Of a stretch of DNA of 64,000 bases, positions 1 through 8,725 are shown piece by piece. Below the pieces are notes generated by a model. It made no database searches. It saw only the letters and a program-made list of their open reading frames with translations, and was not told the origin of the DNA. Source of the stretch: a virus; IMG/VR virus record IMGVR_UViG_3300025141_000065, positions 7,508-71,507 of that record, one strand, 5' to 3'. A program made the translations under genes and the position numbers. How positions within the stretch are numbered: position 1 is the first letter of the stretch; each line of letters begins with the position of its first letter.

Positions 1-184
1 GCGTTGGCCTAGTCGATAGAATGGATTGCGACAATGGCGACAATGGCGTTTATTTAATAGACAACAATCTAAACATAATAGAGCGGAAGTATTTTAGCGG
101 ACAGGAACAAACAAAAGATGATCCAAAGTTAATCAAACAACATTTTAAAAAGATTAATGACGATATATTTAAAAAGGAGAATGA

Positions 185-931
185 ATGACTTATTTCAAAT
201 TGAAGGATAAATACCCTAACAGGAAAGTAACCTATACTGCGCTAGTTAAAGCAGTTAGTGGAAACGAATATCGAACACTACAATCCATCGGTGATGAGTT
301 TGGAGTTACTAGGGAAAGAGTAAGACAGTTGTTAATAAAACATGGGCTGTCTGATGTGCCATCGCGTCAAAAGCCAGACCCTAGAAAAATTTGTAGACAT
401 TGTAACAATCCTGTGGAAATGCGCTATTTTATTAGAACAACATCGAGTAATAAAGGCGCGTGGTATCCAGCATCACACCAAGAGTGTCGAGACAAGTGGA
501 GTGTTAATAATTGGACAGAAGTACAATGTACTAATTGTCAAATACCAATAGAACTACGGAAGTCTGACGCTCGACTCAAACGGCGAATAAAGGACTGGTT
601 GTTTTGTAGTAAAAGGTGTTCAACAACATATCGCGTTGCAAATGAGACTGATTGGTTTGGAACTTGGGCAAAGAGTAGCCATCTTAACCGGCGCAACTAC
701 AAGAAATCTATTCTCCCTAAGAAAGAGGCAAGTAAAGCACCTGTCCAAAAAGAAAGAGAAAAAACCAAAATGGAGATGGCTGAGGAGAAATTTGGTGATC
801 TTAAAGTTTTAATTCCAAATTTAATTGAGGAAGTCGGAGTTGGTAACACAGCTAAAGCGTTGGAAATAAGCAGACCTACGTTTGACCGCTGGAGAACAAG
901 ATTAGCAATTCAAAAGGCGAGCAGACTATGA
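185..931 (+). CDS. HTH plus Cys-rich (zinc-finger) DNA-binding protein
   Basis: Sigma70-region-4-like HTH (TLQSIGDEFGVTRERVRQLL), CxxC motifs (CRHC, CTNC, FCSKRC), second C-terminal HTH (TAKALEISRPTFDRW); AAGGAG RBS. Confidence 0.7.
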   Translation: MTYFKLKDKYPNRKVTYTALVKAVSGNEYRTLQSIGDEFGVTRERVRQLLIKHGLSDVPSRQKPDPRKICRHCNNPVEMRYFIRTTSSNKGAWYPASHQECRDKWSVNNWTEVQCTNCQIPIELRKSDARLKRRIKDWLFCSKRCSTTYRVANETDWFGTWAKSSHLNRRNYKKSILPKKEASKAPVQKEREKTKMEMAEEKFGDLKVLIPNLIEEVGVGNTAKALEISRPTFDRWRTRLAIQKASRL

Positions 932-1125
932 GTGATGGAGTTAGAAACAGCCTAATAAAAGAATATGGGATATCTGAGATAGTTAATAAGATAGTATCGC
1001 AGATGCCTATTGAAGAATTAGAGGATATTGTACAGGCTCATATCGAGGATGAATTATCAGTATTAGCAGAAGACTTAGGAGATCGACAGAAGTTTATAAA
1101 CGAAGTACAGGAGATATACTTTTAA
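928..1125 (+). CDS. hypothetical protein
   Basis: ORF coupled to upstream stop (ATGA overlap). Confidence 0.6.
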   Translation: MSDGVRNSLIKEYGISEIVNKIVSQMPIEELEDIVQAHIEDELSVLAEDLGDRQKFINEVQEIYF

Positions 1126-1370
1126 TGTTACTACAACCTTTAAGGACTGGAAAACAACTGTTACTAAATCAGGTTGGTCGGATTGTAGATATTTTTGACG
1201 CGGACGTCATAACATTCGAGTTACAATCATCAAATGGTAAAAAGGTCATTAAACGCTTGCCGTACAGCCACGAAAAAGGATGTCCGAAGGCAGATACACC
1301 AGAGACCTTAAAAGAATCGCTGTACTGTACGTGTAAATCAAATTGGGAGCTTAATCATGTTAAAAATTAA
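1125..1370 (+). CDS. hypothetical protein
   Basis: TAATG-coupled ORF in the operon. Confidence 0.55.
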   Translation: MLLQPLRTGKQLLLNQVGRIVDIFDADVITFELQSSNGKKVIKRLPYSHEKGCPKADTPETLKESLYCTCKSNWELNHVKN

Positions 1371-1641
1371 CACCTCTAAAGACAGGACTTGTTGGAACTG
1401 TAAGAAACAAGCTGTAGATCACATTGTCTATTATGAAACTACGACTGTTAAGGGATTTGTTTGCCAAAACTGTTTAGACCAGTTTACCATGTGTGATAGA
1501 TGTCAAATGGAAATACCACCTGAACAAATCCACTATATTGTTACAGCACTAAAGACCCAAGACGCGGAGCAAGTCTGTATAACTTGCATTGACCCCTGTT
1601 TAGACGTAAATGTCAGCTCTAACGTTAGGGCGGTGTATTAA
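1357..1641 (+). CDS. small zinc-finger protein
   Basis: Four CxxC pairs; GGGAG RBS. Confidence 0.6.
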   Translation: MLKINTSKDRTCWNCKKQAVDHIVYYETTTVKGFVCQNCLDQFTMCDRCQMEIPPEQIHYIVTALKTQDAEQVCITCIDPCLDVNVSSNVRAVY

Positions 1642-1868
1642 TGAGATATATAAGAACCATCCAAATACCAGATCAATTCTATTTTGAATTTGATGCTGAA
1701 ACACCAGAGGAGATCGACTTGGCATTTAAAGATCATTGGGATATTGATAAACAAGATTTCATTGATACTCTCAGCGTTAATGATTTGGACATTATAAAAA
1801 CAGAGACAGAACAGGCTTTTAAAGACCGCCAGAAAGCCGAGAGAGCAAAGATTTTCGGAAATGACTAG
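1641..1868 (+). CDS. hypothetical acidic protein
   Basis: TAATG-coupled ORF. Confidence 0.6.
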   Translation: MRYIRTIQIPDQFYFEFDAETPEEIDLAFKDHWDIDKQDFIDTLSVNDLDIIKTETEQAFKDRQKAERAKIFGND

Positions 1869-1916
1869 CAGAGCTTATAAAATTAAAAAGAATAGCTTAA
1901 AAAGGAAAAGATAAAA

Positions 1917-3065
1917 ATGTTTAAATTATTAACAACAACAAAGGATCAAACTATGTATCAATCACAAGTTCAATATAGATATGAGAGATGGAGTATTCAA
2001 AAAATATTAAAGTTAAAAGCAACAGGTAAATTACAAAGAGACCTTACTTATCAAAGAAACGATAAGATATGGGCAACCGAAAAAAGAAACGAATTTTGTC
2101 AAGGGTTGTTTAATTATCCTATGTCGTCTCCAATTTTGTTGGACGGACGCGTTAAAACACACTATAAGATCATTAACGGACAGCAAAGACTACACACCCT
2201 AAATGACTTGTATGAAGATAATTTAAAGTTAAAGCCACTTCTACATAAAAAGTATGGACATCAATTATCGGGCTTTTTTATTGAGTTACCAAAAGCAGCT
2301 AAAAATTTCATATTAAAAGAGAAACTTAATATAGTTATAGCGGAAACTGGATCGGATCAAGATATAATTGAACTTTATCAAAACGAAAATCAAGGAACGC
2401 CGTTAAATAGTGCAGAGATGCGAAAACCTTTAAACCATGAATTAAATGCCTTTCTCGATACTTTGCTTAATAAGCATTATATTTTTAAATATAAAGATTT
2501 AAAAAATTCAGACCCGAAAAAAGCTCCGATAATAAACGCTACACAGCATAGAGAATCATTAAGAACTTTGATTGAACAATGTTTATTGATTTTCAATCAT
2601 AGTGATATAAGAGTAAGTATTTCAAATGAGCAATTAACAAAACAAGCGTTAACGATTAATAACCAAATATTAAATCAAGAATTTGTAAGAAATATGATTA
2701 ATGCGTTTAATTATGTGGGTAAAGGGGTCGAAAAAATTAAACGAACAAATCCCGATTTAATAATAAAAGCACGTGGTCAAGGGGGTAAGAGTGGGGGAAT
2801 TCTCAGTAAAGCTCTAATTAAACATGCCTTATATTGTTATGATGTCCTACTGCAAAGGGGTTATCCAATCAAAGGCCAAGAAGAAAATTTTATGGGGTAT
2901 ATACTACAATATAAATTCGTACCAGACTTAAAGCGGAGAATGGCTGTTTATTATTCGCGTGATAATAGTGCAAAACTCCGATGGGAGGCACATCAGTTCA
3001 TGTTAAGGCGACTATTAAAAGAGAAGTGGTTAGTTCGGCCAATAAATATAAGTAAGGTCGCTTAA
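1917..3065 (+). CDS. DUF262 (ParB/Srx-fold, GmrS-like) domain protein
   Basis: YQR..W, I(N)GQQR and N.G.PL...E motifs of DUF262; no HNH domain visible. Confidence 0.75.
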   Translation: MFKLLTTTKDQTMYQSQVQYRYERWSIQKILKLKATGKLQRDLTYQRNDKIWATEKRNEFCQGLFNYPMSSPILLDGRVKTHYKIINGQQRLHTLNDLYEDNLKLKPLLHKKYGHQLSGFFIELPKAAKNFILKEKLNIVIAETGSDQDIIELYQNENQGTPLNSAEMRKPLNHELNAFLDTLLNKHYIFKYKDLKNSDPKKAPIINATQHRESLRTLIEQCLLIFNHSDIRVSISNEQLTKQALTINNQILNQEFVRNMINAFNYVGKGVEKIKRTNPDLIIKARGQGGKSGGILSKALIKHALYCYDVLLQRGYPIKGQEENFMGYILQYKFVPDLKRRMAVYYSRDNSAKLRWEAHQFMLRRLLKEKWLVRPINISKVA

Positions 3066-3092
3066 TCTATTTAATTTAAGGAGAAATACAAA

Positions 3093-3329
3093 ATGACTAT
3101 AAAAAGAAACCATAGCCCAAGTATGCACTATAACCATAATGAAACAGAAATAGCGGTTTTATTCACAGATGAATACTGCTCTTTTTACATGCCCAATGAT
3201 CCAGAGCCGATCTTTGGTATAAGACGTGAGATAGTGGAAATATTAGCGCATCAATGGCCTGATGGAACAGAGGTGTGTCCAGCTTGTGACTCGGACGACC
3301 CGAACCACACAATGCAAGGAGCAGACTGA
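3093..3329 (+). CDS. hypothetical protein
   Basis: AAGGAG RBS; C-terminal CPAC. Confidence 0.6.
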   Translation: MTIKRNHSPSMHYNHNETEIAVLFTDEYCSFYMPNDPEPIFGIRREIVEILAHQWPDGTEVCPACDSDDPNHTMQGAD

Positions 3330-3438
3330 ATGATTAACGAGAAAGATAATATCTGCCCTGAATGTGAACACTCACTAATCGAGGGATCAGACTATTGCCA
3401 CAATTGCGATCCACCGCAGGAGTGGGAAAGAGTAGAAA

Positions 3439-3642
3439 ATGAATAACATTGATTGGCCTATTTCAGAGATTGAAACAGAAATACAAATAACTTGGTCAAT
3501 CCATGATGTAAAGAGTAGAGATTCAACTCTAAGTGATGATGAGGCAATAGAGATTTTGTTGTTGATTAGAGATAATCACGATGCGTCAATAGGGGTTAAT
3601 TGGGATGTGATAGATGCAGCAATCGAGTGTTGGAAGAAGTGA
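3439..3642 (+). CDS. phage hypothetical protein
   Basis: WSIHDV...LSDDEA.EIL...HDASIGVNWDVI pattern recalled from phage early proteins. Confidence 0.6.
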   Translation: MNNIDWPISEIETEIQITWSIHDVKSRDSTLSDDEAIEILLLIRDNHDASIGVNWDVIDAAIECWKK

Positions 3643-3769
3643 CAATAGAGTATTGGTGACTAATAAACCCATAAAACGATCGACACACAGCCACGAAAAG
3701 ATAGTCCAGATAGCTACCACACCAAAGACTAACTAAAAAACGCTCTAATTTAAACAAGGACACAATACA

Positions 3770-4051
3770 ATGCTGAAATACGAAGTTACTACAGATATGG
3801 TTGAACATTACTTTGCAGGTAATTTAAAAAAATTGACTCAGGTATTCAATGGACTATTCAAAGAAAATACTAGATTGAAATCGGAGTTTATTAAAAATCT
3901 CAACTACGATATACTAGAGAGGTTTCTCAATGCTGATTGCAACATACACGAGCCGTCAGGCTGGCATTGTGAAGAGTGTTGTGATTGCCGGACTAAAGGC
4001 CAGTTAAAGGAGTGGGACTGGCCTATTGGATGTAGATATGACCATGAATAA
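3770..4051 (+). CDS. hypothetical Cys-rich protein
   Basis: AAGGA RBS; ORF in operon orientation. Confidence 0.55.
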   Translation: MLKYEVTTDMVEHYFAGNLKKLTQVFNGLFKENTRLKSEFIKNLNYDILERFLNADCNIHEPSGWHCEECCDCRTKGQLKEWDWPIGCRYDHE

Positions 4052-4262
4052 TCAAGAGCAAGAATTTGAATGTGTGTTTGAGTGTACAGGTTGTGGCTCA
4101 TATCCGACCGAACAGATAATCGAGGATGAAGGACGGCCTGTATCCTATTGTGAGTATTGTGAGATAGATATCGTGTTCGAGTGTTTACTGGTTTATAAAT
4201 CGCGCGGAGGCCACGACACATGTATAGGCACTTATCCAATGGGAGAAAAAAATGAAGTATGA
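4026..4262 (+). CDS. small zinc-ribbon protein
   Basis: CTGC and CEYC motifs; true start may be a few codons downstream. Confidence 0.5.
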   Translation: MDVDMTMNNQEQEFECVFECTGCGSYPTEQIIEDEGRPVSYCEYCEIDIVFECLLVYKSRGGHDTCIGTYPMGEKNEV

Positions 4263-4298
4263 TTGCAACATACACGAAGATGTAAATGAGTAAATTTA

Positions 4299-4307
4299 TG
4301 TTATAAT
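4299..4307 (+). promoter_or_regulatory. extended -10 promoter (TGnTATAAT)
   Basis: TGTTATAAT directly upstream of two hairpins. Confidence 0.5.
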
Positions 4308-4355
4308 TTAAAGATAGTTGATAGTAGGGGTTTAACCAGCTACTATCGTTAGGCC

Positions 4356-4403
4356 AAAGACCCTAGATGGTTTCTTATTTACTCCTCATCTAGGGTCTTT
4401 TTT
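4356..4403 (+). terminator. intrinsic terminator
   Basis: AAAGACCCTAGATG / CATCTAGGGTCTTT 14-bp stem ending in a T-run. Confidence 0.8.
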
Positions 4404-4499
4404 ATGTTATTTTAAAAATACCTCAAAAAACGGTTTGAGAAAGGCTTGAAATTGTTTTAGAAGTGTCTATGATATGTATAGGAAATAGGAGAGGTATTT

Positions 4500-4670
4500 A
4501 TGAACCCCAAAATCTCTTTGACACTGAAGGAAAACGAAGTTTATCAAATTCGCTTTAATGGAGAAATATCCATTTATGTTCCCAACTATGAACGCCAGCA
4601 GATAAACCTTTACTTCAAGCGTAAATTACAAGAGAGGCACAAATCTCAATCTAACGAGTGGATCACATGA
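4500..4670 (+). CDS. small hypothetical protein (56 aa, not in ORF track)
   Basis: GGAGAGG RBS, ATG at 4500, TGA at 4668-4670; TTGAAA-N16-TATGAT upstream. Confidence 0.5.
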   Translation: MNPKISLTLKENEVYQIRFNGEISIYVPNYERQQINLYFKRKLQERHKSQSNEWIT

Positions 4671-4791
4671 CACCGAGTCTAAGGGGCTTATTATGGCTTT
4701 GCTTACTAGGGTTTATTGTAGGCCTTTGTCAGAATTGTCTGCCAACATACTCAACACTTATCGTTTAAGCTATCAATAAGGATTTTTAATT

Positions 4792-4992
4792 ATGACAAAG
4801 AAAGCAACTTGCACTGAATGTGGCAGCGAGAATGTGAGATTGATTTTACCAGCTTTTTATGCCTATGACTCTAGCACTGGAGAATTTGAGACGCATTTAT
4901 ACAATGAAGACTGGCCTGTGTCTTATGTCTGTATTGACTGTTCTAATGAATCAGCAGACATGGATCACGTGGTGGAAATCATAAATAGTTGA
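4792..4992 (+). CDS. small zinc-ribbon protein
   Basis: CTECGSENV...CIDC. Confidence 0.6.
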   Translation: MTKKATCTECGSENVRLILPAFYAYDSSTGEFETHLYNEDWPVSYVCIDCSNESADMDHVVEIINS

Positions 4993-5017
4993 CAAGATAT
5001 TGATTCAGGTGTACCAT
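4989..5017 (+). promoter_or_regulatory. sigma70-type promoter
   Basis: TTGACA-N17-TACCAT. Confidence 0.7.
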
Positions 5018-5023
5018 AAGACT

Positions 5024-5435
5024 TAGGTCTTGGTTTCACAAGATCAAATTTAAAAAGAGAAAAGGAATTTTAACAACAAAATAATAGGTGGTTAATAAGG
5101 CTAGGATTTGATAACAGAACCGTATCCTTAGACAGACATTACAATCTTTTAAGATGTAAAGTAAACCATCCAAGATAAACTACGGTCAATGGCTTGTTAA
5201 GGCATTAACAACAACCTAGACCACAAGCGTTTTGGATTATCTGCAACTAAGCAAGTAGACAGCAACAACACCGAAAGTTAAGCAGTTGTGAATCAAGCCT
5301 AAACATTAATTGATCTTACTGGACGGCAGTTCAGCAATTAAGTTTAGAGATTACTGTAACTTATTAAAAGAGTATTTTAGCGAATATTCTTTATTGGAAA
5401 CAAGGCCTTAAATGTAGAGAAAATTCTACGGCCTA
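5024..5435 (+). ncRNA. candidate large structured non-coding RNA (family unknown)
   Basis: No ORF of 60 aa or more; downstream of a consensus promoter; many hairpins, a long-range stem (5098-5115 with 5285-5300) and a pseudoknot (5119-5124/5181-5186 crossing 5168-5175/5230-5237). Confidence 0.55.
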
Positions 5436-5580
5436 TTAGTTATTACAACTTTTGGAGGAATTAGAAATTGTGACAGCAGAAAACAAAAATATATGGGAAG
5501 TGCTTATAATTGAAAATTGTAAGCACTTAAAAAAGAAAAAAGAGAAAACATATATTTTGAGAGGCGAACCAAATTTTTTT

Positions 5581-5840
5581 GCCCGTCCCTTCCTATAGGC
5601 CTTCCACTTCCTATAAACTAGAATTTATATCCCCCCCCTTCCTATATAGACTCCCTTCCTACTTAACCTTCCACTTCCTCTAATAACAATGCCCGTCCCT
5701 TCCACTTCCATTCCTTCCTATGATGCTATGCCCTTCCCTTCCTATCTACCCCGTCCCTTCCTATCTAACCTCCTCCTTCCTATACTCCCATAATCTAATA
5801 TGCCCCCCCCTTCCTACTTCCTATGCCCCGCCCTTCCTAA
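5581..5840. repeat. polar array of CTTCC / CCCTTCCTA motifs
   Basis: About 17 CTTCC copies in 260 bp by hand count, all on the + strand, irregularly spaced. Confidence 0.9.
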
Positions 5841-5844
5841 GAGA

Positions 5845-6063
5845 TTATTTATTAGGGACTTTAACAATATACTCTCCTGTTATAAGTGAGTTATCAAATT
5901 GTTGTACTTTAACCCTTCCCACCAAACCTTTTAATGCTTGGCACGCTTCCTCTTCCTCCCCTTCCCACACTATAAAACTCATCAACGAATAGGCTCCTAC
6001 CTCGTGGCCCCTTCCTATGCTTCCATTAACTTTCTTCATTTTGTTTTGTACCCCTATTATCAT
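5845..6063 (-). CDS. hypothetical protein
   Basis: Last ORF of the minus-strand block; start probably at MKKVNG. Confidence 0.5.
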   Translation of the reverse strand: MIIGVQNKMKKVNGSIGRGHEVGAYSLMSFIVWEGEEEEACQALKGLVGRVKVQQFDNSLITGEYIVKVPNK

Positions 6064-6229
6064 TTACATACCAGCCGGAACCTTTAAACACTACAGATAC
6101 TTTGCTGATTTTTCTTTTACATGCCCTTCCACAATTCGGACAATCTGCTACCGGCTTTGAACTGAAAGACTGCTTTAACCAAAATGCCCCTTCCTCACAG
6201 TTGTCACATATATATTCATACTTAGGCAA
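6026..6229 (-). CDS. FmdB-family zinc-ribbon protein
   Basis: MPKYEY.C..C ... CPNCG ... VVFKGSGWYVND signature. Confidence 0.85.
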   Translation of the reverse strand: MPKYEYICDNCEEGAFWLKQSFSSKPVADCPNCGRACKRKISKVSVVFKGSGWYVNDNRGTKQNEES

Positions 6230-6433
6230 CTACCCCTTCCTTCCCTCTTCCAAAGCCTTTATCCTGTTCTCTAAAGCAGTTATTTTAAGATGTATCGCGT
6301 CTAAGGCTTCTAAATAATTAAAGAATGGTTCTGTCTCAATAAGTATTTGATCTATCGCTTCCTCCTGCCAGTCTTCCAACTGTTCTGTATTCTTGTATTG
6401 GGATATATCTATTATCTCCCCGTCCTTAACCAT
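6230..6433 (-). CDS. hypothetical protein, C-terminal coiled coil
   Basis: ORF with GGAAGG RBS. Confidence 0.55.
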   Translation of the reverse strand: MVKDGEIIDISQYKNTEQLEDWQEEAIDQILIETEPFFNYLEALDAIHLKITALENRIKALEEGRKG

Positions 6434-6490
6434 TACTATAACCCCTTCCTTAATATTTTTGAGGGTACTTCGCGCATTTTTCTATCTTTC

Positions 6491-6718
6491 CTACGTTAAC
6501 ATTAACTTGGTAAATAATGTTTTCTTATCTTTCTCTACTTTTATAGATCTTCTATAAATAATATCTTTTAGGATCTCATTCCAATTTAAACCCTCTTCCT
6601 CTTCCCAATTTTCTCTAGGCCATTCACCATCTAAATTTGAGTCGCGGGGAGGAGTATACTTTTTAGGAAATTCATATTCCACAGTTACCTTTATACATCC
6701 TTCATTAATATCACCCAT
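6491..6718 (-). CDS. hypothetical protein
   Basis: ORF in operon orientation. Confidence 0.5.
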   Translation of the reverse strand: MGDINEGCIKVTVEYEFPKKYTPPRDSNLDGEWPRENWEEEEGLNWNEILKDIIYRRSIKVEKDKKTLFTKLMLT

Positions 6719-6878
6719 TATGATAGCTTCTTTTCTATTGGGGTTGGATACTGTTTTTGTTTAGTCATTGTTCTCCTCTTCCCTCATGTCTTTTCATAGA
6801 TTGTCATAGAAACCACAATTTAAACATCTATAATAGTTGTCTGCTTCTAAGAATAAAAATCCTCGGCATTTTGGACAT

Positions 6879-7079
6879 TTATTTTGTTTCTCCATTACTC
6901 TCCTCAACTTTAAAACTCTCAAATCTCTTTATGAGTTGTGATTCTAATTCCTGTAGAATTTTCAACGAATCTTCCCGCCCCTTCCCAGCTATACGAGGCA
7001 CGGATTGCCTTTTTAGATCTTCTATATAAATAATGTCTTTGATGGTTTTTATAATCTCATCTACATCGACCTCATTCAT
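6879..7079 (-). CDS. hypothetical protein
   Basis: AGGAG RBS. Confidence 0.6.
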   Translation of the reverse strand: MNEVDVDEIIKTIKDIIYIEDLKRQSVPRIAGKGREDSLKILQELESQLIKRFESFKVEESNGETK

Positions 7080-7324
7080 CTTGTTCTCCTATTCCTTCGT
7101 TACATATCCAGCCTCTATCTAAAGCCGTAACTAAAATATTTATAGGTATCATGATTGGTGTATCATCATCATTTACAATTACTGGAATTGTTTCTTCCGA
7201 ACTATTAGAATATTCTTCGTAAGAATTGAGCATAACTTAGCTATTCTCCTTCTTAATTAAATTATTAGTTAATAAAATATCATGGAACTAAAGGGGGTGT
7301 CAAGTGGTGTGGGACTGAGTTTTA

Positions 7325-7552
7325 TTAGATTACTATGAAATCTTTTGCGTCTTTTAGACCATAACCCTTTAATCTGGATACAGTATCATCAACAAGGCTA
7401 TATTTCATAGCTAAACTCACAGCTATATCTGCTATATAAGTTAAATTTATGTTTACAAAGGTTTTCTCATTTAAAAACCAAGCTTTTATTATTTCTGGGA
7501 AGGGTTTTAATATGTATATGTTTACTTTAGGTTGTTGTTTAGATAAGTTCAT
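7325..7552 (-). CDS. hypothetical protein
   Basis: ATGA-coupled ORF. Confidence 0.5.
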   Translation of the reverse strand: MNLSKQQPKVNIYILKPFPEIIKAWFLNEKTFVNINLTYIADIAVSLAMKYSLVDDTVSRLKGYGLKDAKDFIVI

Positions 7553-7821
7553 TTAGTTTTCTTATTTGTTTTTGCGGTTTCTTCTTCGGGATCTCCTAAA
7601 GCCTTTCGTAATTTTATACTTTCAATTAAAACATCTTCAGATATCTTTCTAATTAAAATTGTTTCTTTCCTGATAATAATGGTTTCTTCAAGCATTTTAA
7701 TACTGATATTAAGAATGTTCTCAGAAATCTTTAAAATTCTCCAATTTATCCAAATTAGAAATAAAGTGAAGCTTCCTAAACATATACTGGCTAGTAACGT
7801 GCCAACTATAAATGAATCCAT
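7549..7821 (-). CDS. membrane-anchored coiled-coil protein
   Basis: N-terminal hydrophobic helix followed by heptad-like Ile/Leu repeats. Confidence 0.6.
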   Translation of the reverse strand: MDSFIVGTLLASICLGSFTLFLIWINWRILKISENILNISIKMLEETIIIRKETILIRKISEDVLIESIKLRKALGDPEEETAKTNKKTK

Positions 7822-7830
7822 ATTAAACTA

Positions 7831-8214
7831 CTAATGAGGGTATTCTACTGTATCTGTGGCTTCCGAAGCTGAATTATTTTCTTCAGTAATAAGATTATCA
7901 GTTACCATGTTAATCATTTCGTGTAATGAATTCTTCCATTGATGTTTAGTTAAAGGTGTTTGAATTGTTTCAGTAAGATTTATATTATCTTCAACTTCTT
8001 TTAGAGAAGGCATTCTCCCTTGACCGTCCTTCAACCCTGAATCCACAACGTTTGTAATCCAACCAACATTTAAAACTTGCATATTCTTACCACGTCTATA
8101 AAATTCCATGTAGCTTTTCTTAGTAATCCGGGGTATACCTACAAAATGAGCTTGCATTCGTAAGCATTCTTCAATTGTTTGTGGTGTCGGAAATCTAATT
8201 GGTTTTTGTGTCAT
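7831..8214 (-). CDS. hypothetical protein
   Basis: 127-aa ORF with RBS. Confidence 0.65.
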   Translation of the reverse strand: MTQKPIRFPTPQTIEECLRMQAHFVGIPRITKKSYMEFYRRGKNMQVLNVGWITNVVDSGLKDGQGRMPSLKEVEDNINLTETIQTPLTKHQWKNSLHEMINMVTDNLITEENNSASEATDTVEYPH

Positions 8215-8725
8215 CTGTCTTCTCTTTCGACTTTTCTAAATCTTTAAAACTTTTTACTTCTTGAAAATCCTGTAAGCTAAAATCTATTCCACTGGTTAAT
8301 GTATCTATAAAATTTCTTTCTTCCATACTATCTTCTAAGATCAAAGTGTATATTTTACGTAAAAGATTGTATCCTACTAATTCCTTATTTATCTTTACAA
8401 AAGACTGACAACATTCTCTGAGTAGATATAAATCTGCTATATTAAAGAAAAGAGTAGCTTCTTGAGATGCATTAGCTGGGTCTGTAGCAATTAATACTCC
8501 CATACCAATAGTGTGAATTAAATCTACTGATACTGGTACACCAGCACTAGGCATTAATTGTCTGGCCGGTATATGCATCTTACCATGTTCAGACGTATGT
8601 TCCATTAATAATGTTATTGAATCACTTAAATATAGTAATTCGTTTTTTGTTAATACTAATGATTTAACTTCCAACAAAAGTTCTTCCTCATTTTCGGCTT
8701 CTTGGTCGTAGTTTTGATTATACAA
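8195..8725 (-). CDS. hypothetical protein
   Basis: 176-aa ORF with weak internal duplication (ELLYLSD / DLYLLRE). Confidence 0.65.
   Translation of the reverse strand: MYNQNYDQEAENEEELLLEVKSLVLTKNELLYLSDSITLLMEHTSEHGKMHIPARQLMPSAGVPVSVDLIHTIGMGVLIATDPANASQEATLFFNIADLYLLRECCQSFVKINKELVGYNLLRKIYTLILEDSMEERNFIDTLTSGIDFSLQDFQEVKSFKDLEKSKEKTDDTKTN

Noticed and set aside
5110-5130. RNase P-like ACAGAACC segment
   Set aside because: The partner GAGGAAAGUCC strand of P4 is absent
5098-5335. tmRNA-like fragments (GGCTAGGATTTGA, a GCA-initiated 12-codon frame ATKQVDSNNTES*, GGACGGCAGTTC)
   Set aside because: No acceptor stem, no complete T-arm, no 3' CCA, and the peptide lacks a hydrophobic degron end; kept only as an unassigned ncRNA
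5720-5992. 90-aa Pro/Ser/Leu-rich + strand ORF
   Set aside because: Translation by-product of the CTTCC array and antisense to a likelier gene
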